Source: Eledone cirrhosa
Taxonomy: Eukaryota
Assembly: GCA_964016885.1 (NCBI GenBank)
Contig: OZ024743.1
Span: forward strand, 7,502,001 to 7,566,000
DNA length: 64,000 nucleotides
Direction: 5' to 3'
The notes under the pieces are model-generated. The model was given only the letters and a program-made list of their open reading frames with translations, made no database searches and was not told the origin of the DNA. Of the stretch, positions 13,275 through 25,092 are shown piece after piece (within the stretch, counting starts at the first letter, position 1; every line of letters starts with the position of its first letter). Made by a program: the position numbers and the translations under genes.

Positions 13275-13964
13275 TCTCTGTATATATAAATAGATACACA
13301 TACATATGCAGTACTTCATTCAGTAACTACCTTGTTTAGATCCACACGCTTCAGCTGATTACTGCATATATTTTACACTCACATTATGGTCTACTTTATT
13401 TTAAGACAGCACGTTGTGATCTTATGTTGATTTGTTGCTATTTCTAACAGATCAAGCAACCATGTAGAGACTCTCTTGTTGACTCTACTGATTAATATAT
13501 GCTATAGTTGGTGTCTTTTTGCGACTAATGAAATGGGATCTGTCAGTTTTTTTAAACACATTATTAGTAGCCAAGTACAACTAAAGTGAATGAATCGAAG
13601 AGGGTCTGTGTCTTTGATTCTTGAGCATGAAAAAAAAATCTTAGAACCTGAATTTCGATGCAGCCATATTCATGTTTATGAAAGTTGAACCTAAACCTTT
13701 AATCCAAAATATGATTCGCTTTATTCTGATGACTAATTTTTATTTACTCTACTATAAAGACTTTAGGGAGGAAGGATACTGATTGATTGTAAAAATCCCC
13801 CAAAACACGCACCATAAGCACTCACACCCATACATGCAGAGAAATGTAGTTTTCTGGCTGTTTTGGACTATTGCCTATGCCAGTTGGTGAAACACTTAAA
13901 TACTGTAGGATTATTTACTCTTATTATAGCCCACTAGTTAGTGATTGCTTAACCTGATTGAATC

Positions 13965-14057
13965 CACATGTCTGATGAGCTATCGATTGCAGTGTCGGGC
14001 CCGATTACTACCGATCGTATCTTGAGCGGATTGATCGCGAAACGCATATCACCTGTG
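13965..14057 (+). ncRNA. Degenerate type I HHR
   Basis: CACATGT CTGATGA GCTATC...GATCGC GAAA CGCATATC ACCTGTG then AATAAA; one mismatch each in stems I and II; stem III poorly paired. Confidence 0.55.
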
Positions 14058-14120
14058 AATAAACATAATAATGCTATATTGATACTTCGTCCCTGCTCAT
14101 TATTATTATTATTATTATTT

Positions 14121-16012
14121 TGTCCTCAAAGCAGCTGGCTTCGGCCCTGTCTTTAGAAGCTGGATCGTTGCAATGCACAGCGGCACACGCTCGGTGGTCA
14201 AGGTTAATGGCCACCTCTCGGAACCATTTCGGCTCTCCCGATCGATCCGTCAAGGGTGCCCTCTCTCTTCCCTTCTGTACGTATTGACTCTCGAGCCTTT
14301 ACTGCGGAAGCTGGAGTTGTTGCAGGGCATCCCGCTCGAACCGGGACGTGGAAAGGCGGTGTCGGCTTATGCGGACGACATCACCGTGATGGTGTCGAAC
14401 ACCTCAGAAATCGAGGTGGTCGATACCTTATTGAAGGAATATGAAAGGTTGACAGGAGCCAAACTTAACCCGGAAAAGTCGGTGGGCTTGCAGCTCGGAA
14501 CCTGGAGAGGCAAGCCCATGCCGTCCAACAGCGTCGTGGGGCGCTGGACGGACGGACCGGTAAAGTTGCTCGGGGTTTGGTTCGGACCAGACCTCCAGGT
14601 GGAAAATAATTGGGACGAGGTAACGAGCAGAGTAGCCAGTCTCACGCAAAAATGGGCTGGGAGGAAGCTATCACTGAAAGGTCGCGCGGAGGTGGCGAAT
14701 GCGTACATCGCGTCCGTCATCTACTACCGCCTGACCGTCGTGCCTTGCCCCCGTCCGCGCCTCGTCAAATTGGAACGGCTCCTCTTCAAATTCTTGTGGA
14801 GGGGACAAGTTCCGTTGGTGAGGCGGTCCATCTGCTGCCAGCACCCTCTACGCGGAGGGCTGGGCATGCCGTGGCTAATGATGCGCAGACATGCGTTGAG
14901 GCTGCGACATCTCCAGATATTCTGCCTCAACGGTGAACAGGTGTGGTCGCCGTTTATCAGATGGGCGTTTCCGCAGCTCATTTCTTTGACTGAGCTGCAG
15001 TCCTGGGTCAAGAAGAGACCGAGACTGGGTGACTGACACCTGAAATGTTGCCAGGCACTCACTGCCCTCTACCAAGCGGGCAATGCGATCAGTGGAACTT
15101 CCACTCTCGAGTTCTATAGAGGATTAGTGGTGGGCAAGTGCGATGACGCACTCGGAGAAGCTTTGGGCCTCGACGAAGTCGAACTGACCAGTCTGTACCG
15201 GAGGACTTTTGAGCCGGGGACGATGGACAATTTCCAGAAATCCCTCGCTTGGCAGTGCTACCGGGGGGCACTGCCGGTTCGGGATAAACTCTACAGGCAC
15301 GGAAGTGCTGTCAGACGGACCTGCCCAAGATGCGCACAGAACGACGAAACCGTTCTGCACGCACTTGTCCAATGTCCGTGCATTACTGACTTGGGGAGTT
15401 ATGTCGAACAGCTACTGTCGCGCGTGGAACGAATCCGGCTATCGGCCGAGTCCATAGTGAAGATCGATCCACCGCCTTCCTTAGGTCAGGAAGAGCAGGA
15501 AATTTTCCTGTCTGGTGGCAGTTGCGAAAGAGGTTATATGGTGGACCAGGTTGAAAGGACTAAAGACAGACACTTTTCTCTTCGGCCAATCCCTCATCAA
15601 CTTCTTCAAGTTTCACCTGGAAAAGAAGGTGAGGGTGGAGAAAGAAGTGCTGCCCCCAGTACATTTGCTAAAAGGTGGGTGAATGTGGCGAGAATGGCTC
15701 GTGTGAATGGGCCTACTCTGACCATGCGCCTATAGGCTAGCTAACTTGAGGAAAGGGGTGCTCTCCCTGAGTGCCCTAGAAGCGCAAGGAGGTTCAGGAT
15801 TGGTGGGGTACCCGAGTCACCCCAGGGTCGTCCACCCCCTATCGGGGAATTTATTTTGTTATATTTATGCATAGTTTATTTTATATTTTTATATTTTCAT
15901 TATTAAATTAGTCTTGCCATTGTGCACTTTTACTCGACCTTATTGTAAACCCCCACTGTCCCTGTCTTTGTATTGTCCCCTACATGTCGGCCCTTGTGGC
16001 TAATAAATGAAA
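14121..16012 (+). mobile_element. 5'-truncated Tx1/L1-clade LINE in (ATT)n
   Basis: RT motifs RQGCPLS and AYADD; C-terminal CPRC...H...C; homologous to ~37635-39480; flanked by TCATTATTATT... on both sides; AATAAA at 16002. Confidence 0.9.
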
Positions 16013-16035
16013 TCATTATTATTATTATTATCTAT

Positions 16036-16222
16036 GGCGGTGGATTGGCAGTATTGGTAGAGAGTCGGACGCTATGCTTTGACGCATAGAGTTACGGCCC
16101 TTGCCATTCTGAGTTCGAATCCCGCTGAGGTTAACTTTGCCTTTCATCCTTACGGGGTCGATAAAATAAAGTACCAGTAATACACTGGTATTTGCTGGCC
16201 TTGTGCCAAAAAGTAGAAACAA
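16036..16222 (+). mobile_element. tRNA-derived SINE with Meta-domain-like core
   Basis: A-box-like TGGCAGTATTGG, B-box GAGTTCGAATCCC, core AACTTTGCCTTTCATCCTTACGGGGTCGATAAAATAAAGTACCAG; ~15 copies or fragments in the window. Confidence 0.85.
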
Positions 16223-16373
16223 TTATTATTATTGTTGTTGTTATTATTATTATTAACTCTACTTCTTAAGGCTACCGACTATGGTGAAATACCAAACGTA
16301 GAATCTCACATCGGTGGGAGTGCTCACGCTGGTGAACCACCAGTAACTAAACATTATCATTATTCATAAATAC

Positions 16374-16407
<34 letters not shown>

Positions 16408-16412
<5 letters not shown>

Positions 16413-16466
16413 ACCGATCCAGACATATTGATATTGTCTGGGATCCAGAAACCTTTGGTAATGGAG
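16408..16466 (+). ncRNA. HHR truncated at its first core base by (TA)n
   Basis: (TA)n-TGATGA CC GATCCAGACA...TGTCTGGGATC CA GAAA CCTTTGG TA; stem I 5' strand is missing. Confidence 0.7.
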
Positions 16467-16527
16467 TAGTTATATTTTTTGTTGTTCACCTTCTAATTAA
16501 ATATATGTATATATATATATATGAAAT

Positions 16528-16898
16528 ATATGAAATATAAGAATCAAAGAACTGTTCAAAACATTTTTGTGCTTACAACTGTTTCCTCCAAACCGAGGTT
16601 TGGATTCTTCGGAGCAATTTATTAATGAATGAACAGTTATATGACCTCCTTTTCACCCAAGAGACATACAGATACATATGCAAATATTGTGGGTCAACAT
16701 TCATTACAGCATTTAGAGTGGCAGTACACACTTAGAGATTACTTGCATATGTATCTGTATGTATCGTGGGTGAAAAGGAGGTCATATAACTGTTCATTCA
16801 TTAATAAATTGCTCCGAAGAATCAAAACCTCGGTTTGGAGGAAACAGTTGTAAGCACAAAAATGTTTTGAACAGTTCTTTGATTCTTATATTTCATAT
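16528..16898. repeat. ~155-bp-arm inverted repeat with an HHR in each arm
   Basis: Arms 16528-16683 and 16743-16898. HHR TGCT CCGAAGA [TCCAAACC/GGTTTGGA] GAAA CAGTTG TA AGCA at 16570-16616 (-), and at 16810-16856 (+) with one stem II substitution. Confidence 0.9.
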
Positions 16899-17077
16899 AA
16901 CTGCTCTGTAAATCATCTGATGTTTTTACATTGAGCTACTTAACTTACTGGTAATAAGGTAGTAATATATTACTGCCTACCACTATTTAGGGTTTGTATA
17001 AAAAAATATATATAACTGCAAAAGGTTTTTGTATTTACATAACCATAAATAGTATAATTAATTGTTTCTACTTTAGG

Positions 17078-17122
17078 CAGTAAGACCCCGACGGCTTGAG
17101 CTCAGCCGTCGGGGTCTTACTG
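17078..17122. repeat. 45-bp palindrome of the same family as 10657-10770
   Basis: CAGTAAGACCCCGACGGCTTGAGCTCAGCCGTCGGGGTCTTACTG, followed by GTTCCTAT(AT)n exactly as at 10770. Confidence 0.85.
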
Positions 17123-17246
17123 GTTCCTATATATATATGTATATATATATTAGAAAAACGACGAAGTTTCGTTTACATTATTTTTATTGTGTATCGAACT
17201 ATTATGCGCGTTTCTCAGAGGATTGGTTCCAGGTCCCCTTCCACCG

Positions 17247-17294
<48 letters not shown>

Positions 17295-17443
17295 CCTCTT
17301 AGAATTAACGATCACAAGAATGAGTTGGCAATACTTTTGTAGCGATTAATATTTTCTTTATTAGGGCTAAATTAGAGTCCTGTTACTCGGGAATTTCGTA
17401 TTTGCATGCACAGTGTCATCGTATGTATGTATGTATGTATGTA

Positions 17444-18655
17444 AGGTCACCAGTTGGTGCTACTGGTAACATGTATCCCAGTACAACATGTCTCATGGTC
17501 GGGTCGTTGGCGACTAAACTGGCAACCCCACCAAGGTTTCCTGGTGACTTTGGACATCCTGCAGGACTAAAAACAAAACCTGTCAAAGGAGCTCTTAAGA
17601 GTCAATGGCCATCCAAAATCACCGGGAGAGATGACCCCTTAGCCAAGGCAGAATTCTATGAAAAGGAAAACTCTGATATAACACCTGCAACCCTGATGGT
17701 ATCCAATGATGTTGACTTGTTCTTCTTTTTGGTAAATATCATCTTGGTTAAGAGAGTGGGACTGGCTTTGTGCAGTGCCTTTGATCACTATAAAAGCTTC
17801 ACGGCACAGGCATTGCTTTATATCTGGAGATCTCTCTGCACTTGTCGTCACATGGTACCATGGGCCCAGCACTATGTGTCAATAATTGTCACAGGTGTAG
17901 TGTTTGTACCAGAGTTTTCAAGTCGCTGGCTGGACTAAAAAGTCACACTCGTTCAGCGCATCGGTAGGGGTTCTCCTACATGGATATAAAGTAGTGGCCG
18001 TACTCGAAAACGAGTTGGCAGCCACTATGTATGTATGTATGTATGTCAGGTCACCAGTTGGTGCTACTGGTAACATGTATCCCAGTACAACCTGTCTCAT
18101 GGTCGGGTCGTTGGCGACTAAACTGGCAACCCCACCAAGGTTTCTTGGTGAGAAGGGTGACTTTGGACATCCTGCAGGACTAAAAACAAAACCTGTCAAA
18201 GGGCAAAGGAGCTCTTAAGAGTCAATGGCCATCCAAAATCACCGGGAGAGATGACCCCTTAGCCTTTGTCAAGGCAGAATTCTAGGAGAAGGAAAACTCT
18301 GATATAACGCCTGCAACCCTGATGGTATCCAATGATGTTGACTTGTTCTTTTTGGTAAATATCTTGGTTAAGAGAGCGGGACTGGCTTTGTGCAGTGCCT
18401 TTGCTCACTATAAAAGCTTCACGGCACAGACATTGCTTTATATCTGGAGATCTCTCTGCACTTGTCGTCACATGGTACCATGGGCCCAGCACTATGTGTC
18501 AATAATTGTCACAAGTGTAGTGTTTGTGCCAGAGTTTTCAAGTCGCTGGCTGGACTAAAATGTCACACTCGTTTAGCGCATCGGTAGGGGTTCTCCTACA
18601 TGGATATAAAGTAGTGGCCGTACTCGAAAACGAGTTGGCAGCCACCATGTATGTA
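17444..18655 (+). mobile_element. Tandem pair of ~600-bp non-autonomous retroelements with (ATGT)n tails, probably RTE-derived
   Basis: Units ~17444-18026 and ~18047-18647 separated by (ATGT)n. AGGAAAACTCTG resembles RTE 5'UTRs; 3' stem-loop ACTCG-AAAA-CGAGT; a decayed third 3' end at ~18695-18755. Confidence 0.6.
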
Positions 18656-18880
18656 TGTCGAGATTGTTGTTATTATTATTATTATGTTTTTTTTTCGTGC
18701 AATGGCCATACTCGATAACGAGGGGGCAACCATCATGTATGTATGTATGTATGTATGTAAGTTTGCATCTGTACAGATACAAAATAAATTTAATTAATAA
18801 ATAAATTTAAAATTGAAGATTTGGGAAGAGAGTGTATGAGACAGAGAGGGAGAGAGAGAAAGAAAGAAAGAAAGAGAGAA

Positions 18881-18914
<34 letters not shown>

Positions 18915-21900
18915 GCCGCTATACAGCATCGAAATATCTCAATTAAAATAATCAACGGGGAAGACAGGAACGTTAGAAACAAAACATAATAAAACAAAAA
19001 GTAAAACAAAAACAAAAACAACAACACAAATAAATGTAATGTGAAATACAACGTGCTCATATATAAATAAATAGTGACAAACATGAAGCAGGAAGGCATC
19101 CGGTGAGCTGATATCGCAAGCTAGTTTTGATTTCCGGTCGAAAGCAAGTCGCTTCTGCTACGTTACTAATGTACCAGATAAAGGTATGGATATTGAAAAG
19201 AAATCCTGTTCCTCTAAGTATCAGTATGTTAAAGCATAACCTTTTTAATATTTATTAGATTTATGATGACTCACGTATCTGCTCTCAGCATTTTTACGTT
19301 CTATATTAGTTGCTCATTGCATGAAGTTGTCATAAAAATGTATTTAAAATAGTTGTCATTGTATAGTTGTAGAAATAATGAACATATGTAGTTGCACAAC
19401 CCTCAGTTGACTTTGTTTTAGTGTTGACTTAAAAACAAACATTTTATGTCAAGATAATATCGGTGATTTCCTTATCCCTGTTTTGCCATCATTTTCTTTT
19501 CTATATCCACCTGAAAGGATTCGCGCTCAGCTTTGAAAAGCCATCAAAAGAACTGTTTTTATCTGTTCTGTTCTTACTGACAGTTAACTAGGTGCATGAT
19601 TATTTTCAGTTGTTTGTCAGTGACAGTGTACAAATTCAGCTATCACAACTCTAAAATTTTTGTATTAGTTACTAATGTATTTTTTAAATTCTGCTTGTAA
19701 CTTATACTTGACTTTCTAACATATTTTTTAATGATTTATAAACATGTTTCTGGATTTAACATATGTTAAATTTTCTAGTGAATAGTATATATTTTGCAGA
19801 TAATTGGTTACCCAGTGACTGCTAACAGAAACAAACTGAAAATAAAATGTTTTTATAATTTCTGAAGGCTTATAAACATTATTTACAAATATATTTTTTT
19901 GTTTCTTGTATTTATACTCTTCAAATTAAATTCAGTTTACTAATATGGAGTCAATATTCTAGAGTTCTATTTACTAACATTTTTTTTATTAAAGCCAACT
20001 TTTTCCAGTCAAAGCATACTACTTATTGAAAGCGACTCATTTTGTCTATAATATAAATATTCTTTCATTGTAGCTTTATTTTGACAGCGTTTTTGTTGAG
20101 ATTATCTAAAAGAAAAGTAATATATTTTAAAGTTTTAGAATCAACACATAATCCATTACGCGATAATCTGAAATATCCGGTTGAAGATAGACTACGGCAC
20201 TAATTATTCCAATTGTGAATGTAAAACGTGAAATTAGGCATTCTAACAAAGATTAAGCTAAATATATTTGTTTATTTTCCTAAACATAAATGATGTATAT
20301 AAGAAATACTGTAACATATTTCACAAATTATAGTTCTACAAACATCTAGTAAAGATAAGAAATGAATAATGATTTCTAATATCAAAGAAAGGGAAGAACA
20401 GATCGTCAGATTGGAGCAAGAAAACTGTTACTATTGGTCTTTTCCTTGCTAACACTATCTTGGTATAAGTATCACTATTATTACAGTGACAGAAGGTGGA
20501 ATTTGAACTGAGAACGCATAGAGTCAAAGTAGATATTACAAAAAATCACGGCTGGTACTTGAAAGGATAAAATGTAATGTTGACTTCGGACGGATTTGAA
20601 CTCAGAGAGCCAAACAAACATCTCTACCAACTCCGCCAATTTGACGCCTGTTGTAGGATTAGCACAAGACGAACTATTTAAAAGAAGAATATATCTATCT
20701 AGATCCAATACCAACCAAAACAGAGAAGAGATGATCAAAGGCGTTCTGTCCGTGACCATAACATCTTTTTGTATATCTAGAACTATATGTGTTCTTCCAT
20801 TTATATCCAGGACCATAAGAGACAATTTTTAGCATATCGAGCGCCAGTGTAGAGATTTCTAGCTTAGTATTATCAGAAGTTTTTCTCTGCCAGCTGCTTC
20901 TGTTATGGATATCACTGAAGTCTTCCTTTCAAGGTGTTGGAAATATTCTTACGCCAAGAACATACTCTTTTTCTCCTTATTGTCTGTTCGTCGTCATTTT
21001 TTATTGTTGTGTCAGGAGGAAACGAAGTCAACCAATAGATGGAGATCTGGCCCAAATGCTTGAAATATAGTGGACTCCGCTAAAGTTATCTAACAGTCAG
21101 GTCGTGGTATTAAACCTGGTGGCAGATTAAGCATACTACACAAGAACAAGAATGTTCTTCGGACAGCCTGCCACAAATTTCCATTGACAAAATTTCACTC
21201 AAGGTTTGGGAGAAGACAATTAACGAAGGTGCCGCGCAATGGGATCGATTCGGAAACCATTAGCTGTAATGTACACCGATGTCGCTGCTACTAATACAGG
21301 TACCGCAGCTGTTTTTAGCTGCTGCATCCGCACCATTAATTCTGAATGTTAAGGAGATAGTTTGAGTCAGAGACTCGAGAAAAAAGTAGCATTATAGAAT
21401 AAAGAAGAGGATTCATTTCTATAGGTGCCAGGACATTTAAAAAAATGCTATTCAGTAGCTTCTCCAAAGTGTTATAGACAAAATAAAATGAAGATATCCC
21501 CTCATCCTCCCATATACCACGGCTTTCTGAAAGTTGTGTGTTGCAAGCTATGGAACTAAAAACATAAAACATTATGAACAAGAAGAGTAGAGGAGTAAAA
21601 ATGATAGCATCTAAGATATTAACAATAAAAACTGTAGTAGTAGTGTAAAAAAGAAAGAAGCTAGTAAATAAATCAGAAGTGCATGCTTAAAACATAACAT
21701 TTGCCCATAAAACTGAAATAAACGGATCGAGATAACTAAGTGTCTTAACCAAAGAAAAAAACAACCCAAAACAAACAACTCTGCTGAGTTAACTCAGTCC
21801 CTAGTATGCAATGCAGTTAAAAATGAAGTTCATAATTCACATATGTTATTGAAAAAATTACTTAAATGAAATATCAAAATAATCAATTAACTCCAGTACT

Positions 21901-22215
21901 GAACTGGTACTTTATTTATCGATATTCAAAGAACGAAAGAACGCAAAGTTGATTTTAGCACGATTTGAACTTAGAGCTGAGTGCGTCGGAACAAATCCCA
22001 AGTTATTTTTATTTCGACATACTAACAACTCTGCCAATTCGCTGCATCGCTTTCGTCTCCGAGGAAAACATTATTTCTGTCAGACGAATGCTTAATCCAG
22101 AAACGCCAGGTTCTTACTTATTCCACGGCATACGAACATATCCTAACTTTTGAATCACTCTGTTAAATGTTTTTGTAAGGTATATCAATCAATCAATCTA
22201 TCTATCTAGCTATCT

Positions 22216-23473
22216 GTGGCGAACACTTCATAGCGTCCGTCATCTACTACCGCTTGACCGTCGTGCCTTGTCCCCGTGAATACCTCACCAAGATGGAACG
22301 CATGCTCTTCCAGTTCCTTTGGAAGAAGCAGGCTCCACTGGTGAGGAGATCCGCCTGCTGTCAGCACCCTTCTAACGGAGGGCTGGGAATGCCGTGGCTG
22401 ATGATGCGCAAACACGCGCTGAGGCTACGGCATCTCCAGGTATTCCTCACCGAACAACCGGTGTGGGGCCCCGTTTGTGAGCCAGGCCTTCTCGCAACTT
22501 ATCTCGCTGACGGATCTGCAGTCCTGGGTCAAGCGGAGTCCGAAGAAAATGGGCACCTGGCACATTGAATACGCTCAGACGCTCACAGTCCTCTTTCAAG
22601 CGGGCACAGAAATCAGTAGAGACTCTACTTCGACATTCTATAGAGGGTTAATACGTTACAAGGGCGACGAAGAGACTCTGGGCGTCGAAGACGACGAGTT
22701 CACCAGTCTGTTTGGTAGGACTTTCCACCCGGGACCCATGGACAACTTCCAGAGGTCCCTGGCCTGGCTGTGCTACCGAGGAGCTCTACCAGTTCGAGAC
22801 AAGATCTACAGGCAGAGGACGTGTCCAAGATGCGAGCGGGACATTGAAACCGTCTTGCACGCAATTGAACACTGCCCGGGCGTAACCGACCCGTGGAACT
22901 ACGCAGAACAACTACTGTCACGTATGGGACAAGTCCAGTTCACTGCCGAGTCCATAGTAAGGATCAAACCGCCAACTTCTTTCAAAAACGAAAGAGAGGC
23001 GGTTTTCCTCTGTATAGTGACTATGGTAAAAGAGATTATATGGCGGACGAGATTGAGAGGACTGAGGACAGATGCCTTTCTCTCCGGACAACAACTCATT
23101 CCCTTTTTTAGGTACCACTTTAGAAGGAGAATCAGAGTGGAGAGAGAGGCACTGCACCCCAGTAAATTTACTGAAAGGTGGATGAATGTAGCAAAAATAG
23201 CCCGAGTGATTGGGCCTTCTCTGTATATAAAGCTGTAGGTTGAAGATAAGAGCAAAAGTAGGAAAGGAGCACTTGCACAACACGCTCCTGAAGTTGAGGG
23301 TTGTTCTATCGACGGGGTATTAAACAACCCATTTGTAACGCCTTCCCCCTATTGGGGATTTCGATTGTTGAATTTGTTTGTTTCAATATTTTTACACGAC
23401 TGTATGTAAAATCCCCGGCATATGTCCTTGTATTGTCCCCTTTTCTTGTGCGCCCTTGTGGCAAATAAAGAAA
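22216..23473 (+). mobile_element. 5'-truncated Tx1/L1-clade LINE in (TCTA)n
   Basis: ORF2 C-terminus (YYRLTVVPCP, HALRLRHL, CPRC...H...C); AATCTATCTATCTA at both junctions; AATAAA at 23464. Confidence 0.9.
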
Positions 23474-23586
23474 TCTATCTATCTATCCATCCATCTATGT
23501 GTGTGTGCATGGATGTATGTATATATATATGTATGTGTGTATGCATGTATGTGTGTATGCATGTATGCATGTGTATGCATATCTAC

Positions 23587-23624
<38 letters not shown>

Positions 23625-23627
<3 letters not shown>

Positions 23628-24413
23628 TAATTTAATATATCTACTAACATAAGCGCACAGATGTACGCTAATGCCAGCAAATACACAGGTTGTGTCATAG
23701 TACCTAGGTGGTTCAATGCAGGAGGATGCAGAACAATAATATAAAAGACGTAAAATAAGAAAATTAAAAAAAAAAAAAAATTTTTTTAAATTAACTTACT
23801 TAAATTTTTACTCCAACTAATTAGTTTCTGCAACTAATTTTTTATTTTTTTTTTTAAATTTTCTTATTTTACGTCTTTTATATTATTGTTCTGCATCCTC
23901 CTGCATTGAACCACCTAGGTACTATGACACAACCTGTGTATTTGCTGGCATTAGCGTACATCTGTGCGCTTATGTTAGTAGATATATTAAATTATCTATA
24001 TTTATCTCCAAATCACTGATTTGTCGAGCAAACCTGTCAAAACCACTTCTAAATTTTTTTGGGGGGTGTTAGTAGGCGTCTGTCATCTTACCATCCCATT
24101 CCTACTGACTAGCCTCTGTGTCACGTGATTGATTCTTTAGAATCGGCCATTTGACCAGTGGCAGTGAGAATTTTCAGTGCCTGGAATCCAGTCCTCGATA
24201 GCTGTTCCATTTACCGAATTATTATTTTTATATGAGTCCCCAGTGTCCGCGCATTGCCTGGAGACTTGGCTGAGAATAGATCTCCCTGATGACGCAATGA
24301 AATTCTCAACAGTTCATTACGTAACTGTCTTTATCCCATTGCAGAAACTAATTAGTTGGAGTGAAAATTTAAGTAAGTTAATTTAAAAAATTTTTTTTTT
24401 TTTTAAATTTTCT

Positions 24414-24420
<7 letters not shown>
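23625..24420 (+). mobile_element. Non-coding HHR element: inverted arm plus ~550-bp terminally redundant unit
   Basis: Arms ~23625-23780 and ~23840-23997 are reverse complements. The unit starts and ends with TTTTAAATTTTCTTATTTTA (~23855 and ~24402). The loop holds an inverted HHR 3' fragment. Flanked by (TA)n/(GA)n. Confidence 0.8.
24282..24361 (+). ncRNA. Type I HHR
   Basis: Stem I CTCC/GGAG; CTGATGA (24286-24292); stem II GCAATG/CATTGC; GAAA (24344-24347); palindromic stem III CTAATTAG; GUU triplet. Confidence 0.85.
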
Positions 24421-24465
<45 letters not shown>

Positions 24466-24815
24466 TTCAAGAGTAACCAATCTTAAAGAGAGAGATGGAG
24501 ATAGTAGAGGAGATATGAGAGGAGAGATTGGTGAGTTAGTTAGAAGCCAAAGCGTAAAGGCATGTGCTCAATGTGCAATATGCAGTAGAAAGCAGCTAGG
24601 TGGCTGGATTCATGCAGATCTCACACAATGCAGCTGGATCACACAATGTGGCTGGGTTACCCATAGGCAGATCTCACACAATGCAGCCTCGACAGATGAA
24701 TACTGCTTGATTATGGCTGACAACTGATGCAACCAAGACACCATAGTAAAAACCAATATATGGAACACTATATTACGTAACATTATCCCATTATTTTAAT
24801 TTATATTCCTTTGAA

Positions 24816-24935
24816 GTTCCGATGAGCCACTCTGTTTTTTAAATATGTTAATTATTTTCAACTGAACCAGATCAATTATGATATATAATCATTTGATCCA
24901 GAAATATTATATGGAGTAGCGAAACAATTGTAAAC
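24816..24935 (+). ncRNA. HHR with CCGAUGA variant core and long stem II
   Basis: GTT CCGATGA GCCACTC...GAGTAGC GAAA CAATTG TA AAC; stem I is only 3 bp. Confidence 0.6.
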
Positions 24936-25060
24936 GGACATTATTATTATTAATATTATTATTATTATTCTCTACATTCCTTACATCAAACTAAAATATG
25001 TTGACAATCTTTTAATAATGTCTTCCTTGTGAAGTTTGTGGCCTTGTTTTGCTTAACTAA

Positions 25061-25092
<32 letters not shown>

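Noticed and set aside
13724-13735. Isolated CTGATGA
   Set aside because: No stem II or GAAA partner nearby.
16036-16130. tRNA gene
   Set aside because: The A and B boxes belong to a multicopy SINE head; no cloverleaf.
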